The translations under genes were made by a program, and so were the position numbers. DNA of 63,903 nucleotides, counting the filler, from Octopus bimaculoides (lineage: Eukaryota): the NCBI RefSeq assembly GCF_001194135.2. It is 6 parts of 6 records of this genome, joined end to end, with 100 filler letters (N's around TTAATTAATTAA, not from the genome) between each part and the next. Parts side by side here need not be neighbours in the genome. Positions count along the whole stretch, not along the records: positions 1 to 30,645 come from NC_068996.1; positions 30,746 to 37,582 come from NC_068989.1; positions 37,683 to 43,370 come from NC_069004.1; 3 more parts are not named here. One strand, written 5' to 3'. Within the stretch, counting starts at the first letter, position 1, and every line of letters starts with the position of its first letter. Shown in pieces: positions 24,822 through 37,689 of this stretch. Under the pieces are notes generated by a model, which worked only from the letters and a program-made list of their open reading frames with translations, was not told the origin of the DNA and made no database searches.

Positions 24822-25600
24822 CAGGGGTTGGACAAAATAATGGAAATACCTTAAAATTTCAAACAAATTTATCTTAATATGGGGTAGGACCGCCTTTGGC
24901 AGTAATTACATCTTGAATTCTATGAGGTATGGACTTGTACAAAGTTTGAATTGTTCCCAAAAGAATTTTTGTTCATTCTTCAGCTAAAACAGTCTCCAGT
25001 TCTTGTAGTGATGATGGTGGNNNNNNNNNNNNNNNNNNNNNNNNNNNNNNNNNNNNNNNNNNNNNNNNNNNNNNNNNNNNNNNNNNNNNNNNNNNNNNNN
25101 NNNNNNNNNNNNNNNNNNNNNNNNNNNNNNNNNNNNNNNNNNNNNNNNNNNNNNNNNNNNNNNNNNNNNNNNNNNNNNNNNNNNNNNNNNNNNNNNNNNN
25201 NNNNNNNCTGGGGACTGTGGTGGCCAGATAAGATGTTCAACTTCACTAGAATGTTCCTCGTGCCATTCAGTTACAACTTTAGCTGTGTGAATTGGTGCCT
25301 TATCATCCTGAAAGATTGCGTTTCTCTCCGGAAACAGTTCTACAACCATAGGATGAATTTGATCAGATAAAATGCTTAAATAGTCTTGACTATTAATTCT
25401 ACCATGAAGGGAAACCATTGAGCCGGCAGATATCCAAGATATAGCCCCCCAGATCATCACAGATCCTCCTGCATATTTAACAGTTGGAAGAAGACAGTGT
25501 GGGTCAAATGCTTCTTTTGGCTGTCTCCACATGTCAACCACTTTACAGTGTGCTGGGTGTTTTTCTAGCACTAGTGAAGTCACTAAATAACTTGCAAGAC
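24822..25600 (-). mobile_element. Tc1 (DD34E-type) transposon fragment
   Basis: PTVKYAGGSVMIWGAIS...AIFQDDKAPIHTAK...LIWPPQSP. One end reads TA|CAGGGGTTGGACAAAATAATGGAAA, inserted in the TA tract of a family-A SINE. Confidence 0.9.
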
Positions 25601-27759
25601 AAAGAAAAGAAAAGCCCTTTAACTGAGTGGGGTTTAAGTTGAGGGTAGTAGTATTATGCCAGCTGCTGTGAAGCTAAAGTATGATAGAGAAACAGGTACA
25701 GGTGTCTTGTATAGAAAGGATACTGCATTATGAGGGTTAGTGGGAAGGAAAATATGACCAGATGTTACAGTGAAGTTTCTTAATAATAATGTTGTATTTT
25801 GAGTTTAAATTATTAGTTTGTACTTTGTATTATTAAAATTAAGTGTACCATATTTGATGGCATAAAAGATCATCATCATCATTTAACATTTGTTTTCCAT
25901 GCTGGTATGGGTTGAACTGTTTGGCAGGAGCTGGCAAGCCAGAAAACTGCACTAGGCTTCTTCACTGCCTGTTTTAGCATGGTTTTTATGACTGTATGTC
26001 CTTAATGCCAACCACCTTATAGAGTGGACTGAGTGCTTTTTACATGGCGCCAGCACTAATGAGGTCTATTTTGGCATGGTTATACACAAATATATTAAAT
26101 ACACCCCAATTTCTGCGGTATATATTTATGAAAAAATGTTTTTAATGCATTAAAGCATGTAATATAAACCCAGCTTCATATATAGGATCTAGGGTGGGTT
26201 TTTTTAGGGGTTTTTTGTGACATTTTTGTGTGGTAAAAATGCATCTTATATACCTTCAAATATAGTACAAACAGTATTAGTTTCAAATTTTGGCACAAGG
26301 CCAGCAATTTCGAGGGAGCAAGGAAGTCAATTACATTAACCCTAGTGCTCAACAAGTATTTATTTTATTTACCCCGAAAGGATGAAAAGCAATATTGACC
26401 TCACCAGAATTTGAACTCAGAACATAAAGCTGGAAGAAATGCCACTAAGCATTTTGTCTGACATGCTAACGATTCTTCCATTTCACAATGTAAATTTTTA
26501 AGAAATTCTTTCGTTGTGTCTGTATGTGTGCATATTTTGAATGAACCAAAGTGTGCAGTTTACAAGTACATGCTCACAAGAGCTCTGTTTATATTATGTC
26601 TTTTTTCTTTGTTGTCATTGAGGTAGGTACACAGGAATTTATTATTGGATGTCTTTGGAAACTTCTATAGTTGATGGTATGATTTCTGTTGCGAAAATCT
26701 CTTGAACTGCAGAAAAATGTTTGATTTAAAGATCCAAAAGTCTTCACAGCAAAAAAACGAAAATATGCTTACGGAGAACACAAAATTCCAGTGTTTTCCT
26801 GGAAGTGACCTTATTGTAAAGTAGAAACTTAATGCTAATATGAATAAACAAAATATATAGTCGTGTCTCTGGTACTTCAAATTCAGTGAGTGCACTCAAG
26901 TAGTTTTAGTGGAAGCACTTGACAGTTTTCAGTTGCCTTTATAACTGATCGTCTCTTTCCTAATTAACAATAAAAGTGAGAAGATATATTATAAAGTAGA
27001 GAAAGTATATTACCTGGAGTAAAAAAAGTGTATGTGGTGAGGGAGGAGAAATTCGACATTACTTGTCAGTAACAGAATTATCTCCCTCTTCCCCTATCTC
27101 TCTCTCTCTCTCTCTTCCTTTTTCAAAGGTTGACGATGTTAAGTTTGTATGTAAAGAGTGATTTGTTGCGTGGTTGTGAGACTTTGCATTGAATGTGAAA
27201 CATCTGCAGAAGTGCTGTATGGCATAGCAAGAAATTAGATATGTTTTGTTGTGTGTAAGGTAAAGCACAGGTAAACTAGAGAGAATACTAAATTATAGAG
27301 GCATCAGGTGACGTCTGTAGAAGAGTCTCTGTTCTATCAAGGACGAAATGAAAAAGGACTGATGAATGCTGTGAGGAAATATCACATTTCATTTTAACAC
27401 TATAAATAATAGTGGAAATAGCTAAATATTTTAAGTCATTAATTGACACCACATGACCTGTACATAACACTGTTTATATAATTACATATAAATGAAAAAA
27501 AATGTGTTAAGATATTAAATAAAACAAATCCCCCTTCTCAAAAGAAAAAAAAAAAATTGAAGTTTTTCTGTGATCCTGTGACATTTCCGTATGATAGTGT
27601 GTGTGTGTGTGTTACAGATCCTAATTTTATATTTTCTTTCAATATATCAGATCCCTATGTTTGTAACGAAACTTATTTTTTTTAATAGAAGCAATTTTTT
27701 TTTTGTGGAATTCTGGTTTAAGCATACCATGTTAACCTCTCATAACTTTTTTAAAAAAT

Positions 27760-28150
27760 TCCAGAATTATTTTTGAAAAACTTTGCAAATTTTGTTTAAT
27801 ACACGGGGATTCATACAATTATAAAAAAAAATTAACATTTTTTGTTCGCGATTTAGCTGGTGTTTTAGCACATCCCACGACCACCTGATACCTTCCTCGT
27901 TTCTTTGTCACTCTGACATCAATTTCAATATTTTTCGCCTCATAACTATATTAAATGAAATGATAATGCACCCAAAGGCGGTCCATTGCAAGGACTGAAA
28001 CAAAAAATTCGTATTTTAAACTCTGATTTTTTAAAAATCGAAAAAGTGTAGAAATTTTAGGATTGATAGGGAATTTTTTTCCTCACAAATGTATGAATTC
28101 CCGTGTACAAAACACGGGAAATTTTGCAAAAATTTTCTGGAAAAAAAAAA
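27760..28150. mobile_element. MITE-like inverted repeat
   Basis: acacggggattcataca (about 27801-27817) vs tgtatgaattcccgtgt (about 28090-28106), 1 mismatch, plus weaker outer inverted matches (tttgcaaa motifs). Confidence 0.5.
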
Positions 28151-30645
28151 ATTTATTAGGGAGTTATCCGGGGTACTTAAACGGAATTCCGCCCGCTTGC
28201 ATTTTCCCTGATATTCTTAGTAATTTTTCACATATTTATAGTTGCTAAGGTTATTTTCATTAACTTCTCTGTAGGTTAAATTAACAAGCTGTTTCTCTTT
28301 TACTCCCTTTATCAACATTATGTATAAATTTATATTATTTTTATATCGTCGAAAATCAGGATTAATATTCTAATTCTATTGGGTATTTCAGTTTGTAATG
28401 TATCTAAATGTGTTGTTAAATATATTTTAACCTATAAATTATTGTTTTAGGAGCCATTTCTCTTTAAATCCTGATTTCTAATCATGCCGAGGTTAGGTTT
28501 GTTTTTTCTCCTCTTATCGTCAATAAAATAAATAACAGTCAAATACTAGGATCGATTTCATTGATTCTTAACCTTCGAACTTTTGTTAGAAGGAATTAAA
28601 AAGGCACAACGGACAAAATGCTTAGCGGCATTTGTTCCAGTTTTGCGTTCTGGGTTCAAATTCCTCCGAGGTCGACTTTGCCTTTGGGATCAATGCACGT
28701 GTCTCCTCCGCCAAAATTTAAGGCCTTGTGCCTATAGTAGATAGAATTATTATTTAGGAATTTATTTTCAAACTACTAAATTTGCTAAGATAAACCTTCA
28801 CCTGTAATGTGGTTAAAAAGAATGGTGTTCCTACTTTAGAATAATCATTGTCTATTTAAGAACGTTATAGCTTTTTAGTGATAGTTTGAAACAAACACAA
28901 AACCAGACATTGTAGCGGGTATAGTCAATTATACTGAACAATTACTTTGACTGAGTCGACATTTTATCGACCCGAGGAAAGAAAGGCAAAAAAGACGATT
29001 TCTCGACGTTTGAACTCTAAATACAACGAACTATTGTTTTATGCTTTTTTCTTTTCTTTTTTTCACACGTGTCCCATGTTAACAACAAGAATTCCGTTAA
29101 CATGAAATTAGAGGCTCGAAATGTTAGACTTGTCTTTTTTGGTAAAGTAATATATTCTACTTCGGGAAACTTTTTCCTATTTAAATATTTGCATAGACAA
29201 ACTACCACTGGTTACTCTAGTATTCATTAAGCAGTACATAATAAATTACACGTGTACCCGTTTTCATTCATTAATGTTTCGCATAAGTCGTTCCGGTCAT
29301 CAACACCTACCCGCATAGGTCACTCGACCTGCAAAAATTAACTGCAGAATCTCCTTCAAATTACATTACTTGTCTCTGTGATTAAGAAGCTTGCCTTGCA
29401 ACGACATGGTTTCGCGTTCAGTCCCACTTCGCTGAACATTGTGCAAGTCTCTTTGGCGGACGTAAAGAATGTGGACCGCATCTACTTTCGTGTTTTTTTT
29501 AAACAAAAAACAAAAAAAAACGAAAGGGAGTGCGGTCCACATTCTTACGTCCGCCATGTCTTCTATAGACCTGCACTTACCTTGTAAATGAATTTGGTAG
29601 ATGGGAACTTTGTGGAACTCGTGTATGTGTGTGGTCTCCACCGCGGCTTGGCAGCCAGCGTTCCTTATGTTTCCCCTCCCCCGTAATGTAGCGATTTGGT
29701 CAGAGACACCGATAGAATAAGTATTAGGTTGTAAAAGAAATACAAAAATCCTTCAAGGCTTTTTCCTAATTTGTCTGAAACAGCTAAAAGAAAAGGTTAA
29801 AGATAAAAAAATGGTGAAAGACAATGTAGAAATATCCCAGGAGTAGAAGCATTGAAACAAAATTTTAAAAATGAAAACAAAAGCGTTGGTTGATTAGTTT
29901 GTAATACAGGTAATAAAGTTGATAAACACGATTTGAAACGTATTTACATGAATCACAAAATACAGGTTTAAAAATATTGAAAAAATTATGTAGTGTATTA
30001 TCTCGACAGCTGTTTCAAGATAGTCATAATTTATGTAAATACCATATTCATAATAAGTAATATGTTCGTGATGTCATAGGTGTGCCACGAGCTATATATA
30101 TTCAGCTAGGCATCCCTTTTGAAGAGTGGAGTGGCGAATACAACATTATGCATTATTAGTTAAGTTACGAGAGAACTAAGGTTAGAGTCTAAGATTGGCG
30201 TTTAGTGTTGAATTAAGAATAAAGATTTAGGGTTACGATTATGTTGCAATTTTTTGATTTTTAAATTTTGAAAAAAAGAAAAGTTTCTGTTGGGGATTTC
30301 AGCTACTATTTCATAATTGGGATCTATTTTAAAACGGGGGCGCCAGTTTTCATTTATGTTTTATGTAATGTTTTTGGTACGGAAAGACTTTCAAACTTCG
30401 TATACTTATCTATTTTGTGCTATAGAACAGAAAAATATTTTTGTATTCGAATTTATTTCATGTAAAAAATTGTCTTATTTCGATAATTTCTACTAATCAC
30501 TGACGTCTATTCAGTTGAAAACAGTTAGCGCTGTAACGGTGTATATCGTATTAATCCCCTAACCCTAACCCTAACTAGACTGTTAACCGTAACCGTAACC
30601 CTAACTCTAGAATCCGAACTCTAAAATTGTTACACACATAGATAC

Positions 30646-30745
30646 NNNNNNNNNNNNNNNNNNNNNNNNNNNNNNNNNNNNNNNNNNNNTTAATTAATTA
30701 ANNNNNNNNNNNNNNNNNNNNNNNNNNNNNNNNNNNNNNNNNNNN
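30646..30745. other. Assembly scaffold-join linker: 44 N + TTAATTAATTAA + 44 N (also 37583-37682, 43371-43470, 54112-54211, 62006-62105)
   Basis: The identical 100-nt structure occurs five times. The 12-mer is self-complementary and gives a stop in all six frames. Confidence 0.95.
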
Positions 30746-30782
<37 letters not shown>

Positions 30783-31335
30783 ATGTATGTATGACTGTAT
30801 CTTTGACCTTTACATTGTCAAAACAAAGGATTAAATCCTATAAAACCGAAAGCTATAAAAATTACTGTCACATCCTGTACCAACCTAATAACTGAGAAAC
30901 ACCTACACACTTGTTTACACAGTTCTGCTGAACAATAACATAATCTCAAATTTAATCAATAACTATTTCTCCAAAACACCTCTCCATAACAACTCACTCT
31001 AAAAAATCTAATTATCACGCCACTCGAACTCACACACACCGAAGGATGCTTTTAACCCAACAGAGACTATATATAGGCCAGATTAACTCAATGCACGTAG
31101 CTCGAGGATGGGTTAACTGGCCGAAACTTCTAAGTCACTCTCAACAATATTCCTGATATGAATAATAATTTGTACTCTATAAAAGTATAGAGTAACCCAT
31201 CATATTAATGTAAAGTTGTTTTCTGTAACTGAATACACAAATACACTCAAACACAGACAGACACACACACACAAACATATATATCGTAGCACTCCATCGG
31301 TTACGACGACGAGGGTTCCAGTTGATCAGATGAAA

Positions 31336-31561
31336 TGGGTTGTCGGGAAATTCGTGCCGATTTATAGTAGTTTACCTTTCGATTTATTTGCCATGAAACC
31401 ACCTCAATTCTGGGAAGAGGGTATTTTCAAGTTAAAGGGAAGATGGAGACGCATTGTGCAACAAAATGGCTCATATTTGGTTGATTAAAAATGTAATCGC
31501 AAGTATTTATTGACCTTTTTCTTGCCTTTAAAAATCGGCACAAACTTACCGGACAACCCAA
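31336..31561. mobile_element. Mariner-derived MITE, about 225 bp
   Basis: TIRs tgggttgtcgggaaattcgtgccgattt and aaatcggcacaaacttaccggacaacccaa. Internal FWEEGIFKLKGRWRRIVQQNGSY is a mariner transposase C-terminus. Confidence 0.85.
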
Positions 31562-31569
31562 TGTATAGT

Positions 31570-31906
31570 GGAGGCGCAATGGGCCAGTGGTTAGGGCAAC
31601 AGACTCGCAGTCGTAGGATCGCGGTTTCGATTCCCAGACAGGGTGTTGTGAGTGTTTATTGAACGAAAACACCTAAAGCTCCACGTGGCTCCGGCAGTGG
31701 GTGGTAGCGAACCCTGCTGTACTCTTTCACTACAACTTTCTCTCACTCTTTCTTCCTGTTTCTATTGTACCTTGTCACACTCTGTGTCACGCTAAATCTC
31801 CCCAAGAACTACGTTAAAGGTACACGTGTCTGTAAAGTGCTCAGCCACTTGCACGTTAATTTCATGGATCAACTGGATCCCTCGTCATTGTAACCGACGG
31901 AGTGCC
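31570..31906 (+). mobile_element. tRNA-headed SINE, family 'D'
   Basis: ggcgcaatgggccagtggttaggg (A box) ... ggtttcgattccc (B box). Copies at 40707-41030(+), about 57790-58200(-) and a tail fragment at 31289-31333(-). Confidence 0.85.
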
Positions 31907-33097
31907 ACGGCGATATATATANNNNNNNNNNNNNNNNNNNNNNNNNNNNNNNNNNNNNNNNNNNNNNNNNNNNNNNNNNNNNNNNNNNNNNNNNNNNNNN
32001 NNNNNNNNNNNNNNNNNNNNNNNNNNNNNNNNNNNNNNNNNNNNNNNNNNNNNNNNNNNNNNNNNNNNNNNNNNNNNNNNNNNNNNNNNNNNNNNNNNNN
32101 NNNNNNNNNNNNNNNNNNNNNNNNNNNNNNNNNNNNNNNNNNNNNNNNNNNNNNNNNNNNNNNNNNNNNNNNNNNNNNNNNNNNNNNNNNNNNNNNNNNN
32201 NNNNNNNNNNNNNNNNNNNNNNNNNNNNNNNNNNNNNNNNNNNNNNNNNNNNNNNNNNNNNNNNNNNNNNNNNNNNNNNNNNNNNNNNNNNNNNNNNNNN
32301 NNNNNNNNNNNNNNNNNNNNNNNNNNNNNNNNNNNNNNNNNNNNNNNNNNNNNNNNNNNNNNNNNNNNNNNNNNNNNNNNNNNNNNNNNNNNNNNNNNNN
32401 NNNNNNNNNNNNNNNNNNNNNNNNNNNNNNNNNNNNNNNNNNNNNNNNNNNNNNNNNNNNNNNNNNNNNNNNNNNNNNNNNNNNNNNNNNNNNNNNNNNN
32501 NNNNNNNNNNNNNNNNNNNNNNNNNNNNNNNNNNNNNNNNNNNNNNNNNNNNNNNNNNNNNNNNNNNNNNNNNNNNNNNNNNNNNNNNNNNNNNNNNNNN
32601 NNNNNNNNNNNNNNNNNNNNNNNNNNNNNNNNNNNNNNNNNNNNNNNNNNNNNNNNNNNNNNNNNNNNNNNNNNNNNNNNNNNNNNNNNNNNNNNNNNNN
32701 NNNNNNNNNNNNNNNNNNNNNNNNNNNNNNNNNNNNNNNNNNNNNNNNNNNNNNNNNNNNNNNNNNNNNNNNNNNNNNNNNNNNNAGATACAAAGATAGA
32801 GAGAGTCGCGTCAGAAAAATAATGTTCAAAACTTACTTGCAAGGGTAACGCGTGCGTTCGATCGTGTGATACAAATAATATATGAGTATATGCATATATA
32901 TGTACATGTATGTACATACCTTCATCTACATGTATATATAGATGCATACCTGGGTACATGACGTTGCAAAAAAAAACATGGACAAAATGATAAACAAGGT
33001 ACAAAAAACACACAGGCCACATAGAGAACATTTCCTTCATCAGCTGCCACCATTATAACACTGGCGTTTCGAAGATTTAGGGCATGACGCATATATA

Positions 33098-33811
33098 CGA
33101 AGGAGAGTAAAAAATTATGCGCACTCTTGTTTTTTTAATGTATTTACTCAAAAGCAGAGGATAAACAAGTACGTCATTTTTCTATATAGTCTCCTTCCTT
33201 TTCAAGACACTTGGTCCACAGCTTGCCTATTCCCTCCAAGAAGAAAGTTTTTGGTTGGCCGTGCAACCATTTATGCACCGATTCCTTCACATCTTCATCT
33301 ATAGGAAATCGACGACCTCGTAAACCATCTTTGATATGATAGGCGTAAACCATCTTTGATATGATAGTCGGTAGAAGCAAGATCTGGGCTGTAGGCAGGA
33401 TGTTTCAGCACCTCAAAATCCAATTGGTTAATTGTTTCAACGGTCTGGGCGGCCGTGTGCGGGCGTGTATTATCATGCAACAACAAAACTTTCTTCGACA
33501 ACAGACTTCGGCGCTTGGTGCGAATTGTTCAGTTTGCTGAACACTTTATCTTGCACTGTTGATCGTACACTTTTGATCGGATCACTACTCTTTGTTCTTC
33601 TTTGTTGTACATTGCTAGTGGAGTTGTCATGCTTACACTGTAAAGCCACAAAAAAAAAATAAATAAATAAAATAAAATGGCGCGATCAGACTCAAATTTC
33701 GATCACGTTTCCACAATAGTTCCAACTATAAAAACGCATGCGCAGAAGGCAGTGTGACAATAATAAAGATAAGTTATGGTGAAAGTGCGGATAACTTTTG
33801 ACATCCCCTCA
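33098..33811 (-). mobile_element. Internally deleted mariner (DD34D) element with both TIRs and TA target sites
   Basis: TA|CGAAGGAGAGTAAAAAATTATGCGCACT ... AGTGCGGATAACTTTTGACATCCCCTCA|TA. LLHDNTRPHTA, HPAYSPDLA and KWLHGQPKTFFLEGI motifs. Confidence 0.9.
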
Positions 33812-34177
33812 TATATTTATATATATATATATATATNNNNNNNNNNNNNNNNNNNNNNNNNNNNNNNNNNNNNNNNNNNNNNNNNNNNNNNNNNNNNNNN
33901 NNNNNNNNNNNNNNNNNNNNNNNNNNNNNNNNNNNNNNNNNNNNNNNNNNNNNNNNNNNNNNNNNNNNNNNNNNNNNNNNNNNNNNNNNNNNNNNNNNNN
34001 NNNNNNNNNNNNNNNNNNNNNNNNNNNNNNNNNNNNNNNNNNNNNNNNNNNNNNNNNNNNNNNNNNNNNNNNNNNNNNNNNNNNNNNNNNNNNNNNNNNN
34101 NNNNNNNNNNNNNNNNNNNNNNNNNNNNNNNNNNNNNNNNNNNNNNNNNNNNNNNNNNNNNNNNNNNNNNNNNNNNA

Positions 34178-35276
34178 TTTGTTGATGAAGGTCTGGATCT
34201 TCTTGTAGTTGCTGCAGGTGGCTCTCCATGTTTCAGAGCCATACAAAAGCACAGATTTTACGTTTGAACTAAATAAGCGAAGTTTAGTTCGAGTTGAGAT
34301 GGCAGTAGACTTCCATACCGGCCGAAGAATAGCGAAGGCTTGCCAAGCCTTCTTGCTTCTTGCAGTGATGTCCTCGTCTGATCCACCTGATTTGCTGATA
34401 TTGCTGCCAAGATAGACAAACTCACTAACGTCCTCCACAGGTACCCCCCCCCCGATTGTGATTGGCTCTTCTTGCTTGTTGTTGATACGCAGTACTTTTG
34501 TATTTTCCTGGCTGATCCTCAAACTCACTCGCCGTGAAGTTTCTCTTAGGTGGTCTACCTTATCTTGCATATCTTGCATATCTTGCAGGCGATGTGACAG
34601 TAGCGCGAGATCATCTGCGTAATCCAGGTCCTCCAACTTGTTCATCGGTGTCCACTGAATACCTTTCCCGGAGGTAGCGTAGGCCGTCCTGGTGAGCCAG
34701 TCCAGCACAACGAGGAACAGGATCGGTGACAACAAACAGCCCTGTCTGACTCCCGTGCTGACCCTGAATTCCTCCGACAATGGATGACCTGGCAAGAAAA
34801 CTCGTAGAGTAATCGAATAATGCCCACGATCTTCTCTGGCACACCATAGTGTCGTAAGATGTCCCAGATTGTCTGCCTGTCTACGCTGTCAAATGCTTTT
34901 TTCAAAGTCGACGAAGCACACATAGAGTGACGTTTGCCATTCCATTGTCTGCTCAAGATGATTCTGAGTGTCACAGTCTGGTCCATACATGATCTCTCCT
35001 TTCTGAAACCTGCCTGCTCATCTCTGAGTTGCTTCTCAATGGTATCTTTCAATCGCTCCAGGATGATTCTTGTAAGGACTTTGCTTGGAATGGAAAGCTA
35101 GGTAATTCCCCCTCCTCTTTTCGCATTGTGATAAATCCCCACTCTTCGGCAGCTTCACCAAAAGACCCTTCTTCCAGTCAGTTGGGATCTTCTCTGTCGT
35201 CCATACCAGGTTCAGCACATGGTGCATATGATCGATCATCTCTTCTCCTCCTGCCTTCAGTGCCTCTGCTGGTATG
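34178..35276 (-). mobile_element. RTE-clade LINE RT fragment (second RTE family, no PHD insert), frameshifted, bounded by gaps
   Basis: IPTDWKKGLLVKLPK, EQAGFRKERSC, GVRQGCLLSPILF, LDYADDL, FVYLGS and LLYGSETW spread over three frames. Confidence 0.93.
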
Positions 35277-37689
35277 NNNNNNNNNNNNNNNNNNNNNNNN
35301 NNNNNNNNNNNNNNNNNNNNNNNNNNNNNNNNNNNNNNNNNNNNNNNNNNNNNNNNNNNNNNNNNNNNNNNNNNNNNNNNNNNNNNNNNNNNNNNNNNNN
35401 NNNNNNNNNNNNNNNNNNNNNNNNNNNNNNNNNNNNNNNNNNNNNNNNNNNNNNNNNNNNNNNNNNNNNNNNNNNNNNNNNNNNNNNNNNNNNNNNNNNN
35501 NNNNNNNNNNNNNNNNNNNNNNNNNNNNNNNNNNNNNNNNNNNNNNNNNNNNNNNNNNNNNNNNNNNNNNNNNNNNNNNNGGGGCGAGAGAGAGAGAGAG
35601 AAAACAGACAAACAGATACTTGCATACATATATATATATACATTCATGCATATACAAACACACAAATACTTCTCATTTTTGACATGAGAAAATCTTAAAC
35701 GCACAGTTGACTTGAGAATGTGAGCTTGTTTATAAAAGCAAATATTTCTCAGAAATTATCGTGTGAGGTGGATTTTTTTAAATGCCTACTTTTGCTGTTT
35801 TTTCTTTCTTTAAGCCTGTTTTGTTGTTCTTATTCTAGGTGGCGTCAGAAAACGCTTGCGGTTTCAGTTTAAAATAGCAGCCACTACTCCTTTAACTGAC
35901 ATCTAGCTTTAGCATGCCAGCATTTCATATGTCACCGTTGCGTTTTTACTCAGCTTAGCAAAAAAATTTATTGCATAGCTAACGTCCAAATTGCCATCAC
36001 GTCCCGACTGCATTTTGCGAACAAGTCAGTTTTAATTAGGAGTGATTAGTAGGGTGTGTTCAAAGTAGAGTAACAACCGTCTCCTTCAGTCTGGAATAAC
36101 AAAAGTTAACAGATCGGCTTAGGAATATCATTGGATCTGTCCAGCGCTTCTCATCACTTTGACATTTAGTGAATATGTTTTCTTTTTTATCTTTATAGTA
36201 AATATTCGACACGATCACTGACATTTTTGCTCTGTAGCTATTAGATTTAAACAAATATGATGAAAATATATGCAGGGTGGGAGTGAAGAGCATTAAAGAC
36301 CAGAATCTAGTCTGTGGACAAAAGGCTTTGTTACTTAAAGCTTGATTTTTTTTTCAATAGAAAGACAGAAATGGAAGAACGACTTCAAGGTAGTTTGGCA
36401 CCAATGTGAGAAAGAAAACTTTGTAGGCGCTCTTCCTTAAGCAAATCTACGAATTTTGTCGATATTGTTCTCTAGCCTTAGGTAATCCCTGGCCATGTAG
36501 ACCTATGGTTAAAAGCATTCTGGTCATGCCCACCCTGTCTTATTTTCAGGCAAAGGCTGTCTAGAAAGACAGTTGGATATGATTTAAGTGAGATTTCGTT
36601 ACTATTTCTAGCTTCCCTAGTGGATTCATCAAGTTAATACTAATTTTAGAATTGACCACTTTGTGTGAATAGCCAATACATTGTCCCTTACAATGCAAAA
36701 TATTTCGTTCAAATAGGAATATTTCATGCCTAAACGAATTTCTCTTCTTGAAAGAGAATATTTTTCTTCAAAATTCTTTCCTTCTCTTTCTTTCAGAATC
36801 ATGAAAACTATTTCCTTTGTATCATAATACTGGCTTACAGTTTTATTAATATCGTCTGTGAAATCGTACAGTTAATTCAACAGGTTGGTATAGTTTGAAC
36901 TTTCATATTCGAAAGGATAATGTGTCAAATTTCTTAAACCATATCCATCAGTATTTGTTTCAGTTTCAGAACAATATTCCATTTAATGTTACGTTCTGAG
37001 TTCAAACTCCGCCGAGGTCGACTTTGCCTTCATCCTTTCGGGGTCGATAAATTAAGTACCAGTTGCGTATTAGGGTCAATCTAATCGACTGGTCCCCTCC
37101 CCAAAAATTTCAGGCCTTGTACCTAGAGTAGAAAAGAATGTTCCAGTTAATGTGGATTAATGGTTGTCAAAATTAACTTATCCAGCCGACAGGTCTGCCT
37201 TATCCGTCGTCGATGTACTGAAGTACTTACAAACAACAATGTCTACTTTGTCATTCATTCAAAGCAAATGTGATTTCATGGAAGAAGGCAAATGAAAGAA
37301 GTGGGAAGTGAAAAAACTTTATCTTCGGTTTTCAGCTCTTGGTGGAATCGTTGGCGTGTCATCATCAAATCAATGCACTTCTAAATCTGGCAGAGCCTAT
37401 CTCCATCCGGGTTTGACGACAGCCAATTTTTTTCCAAGGATTAAGACAGAGAGGAAGAGAAGGAGGGGAGAGACGAGAGGGGGGAAGAGGAGGGACGAAG
37501 AGAGAAAGACAGACAGACAGAAAAAGAGGAAGAGTCACTCCCAGTATTACACTGTTACTTTAGCGGCTCCAGAGGGATGAAANNNNNNNNNNNNNNNNNN
37601 NNNNNNNNNNNNNNNNNNNNNNNNNNTTAATTAATTAANNNNNNNNNNNNNNNNNNNNNNNNNNNNNNNNNNNNNNNNNNNNCATACAC

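Noticed and set aside
27129-27270. + strand acceptor after a (CT)n tract with donor ACAG|gtaaac
   Set aside because: All three frames are closed; the polypyrimidine tract is just a microsatellite.
29070-29200. Octamer ATTTGCAT (29187-29194) and a small hairpin as an snRNA gene
   Set aside because: No match to any spliceosomal or other snRNA sequence I recognise; the motif can arise by chance in AT-rich DNA.
31095-31135. ctcgaggatgggttaactggccgaaac as another hammerhead/Penelope end
   Set aside because: The core lacks CTGANGA and stems I/III do not pair; too degenerate to support.
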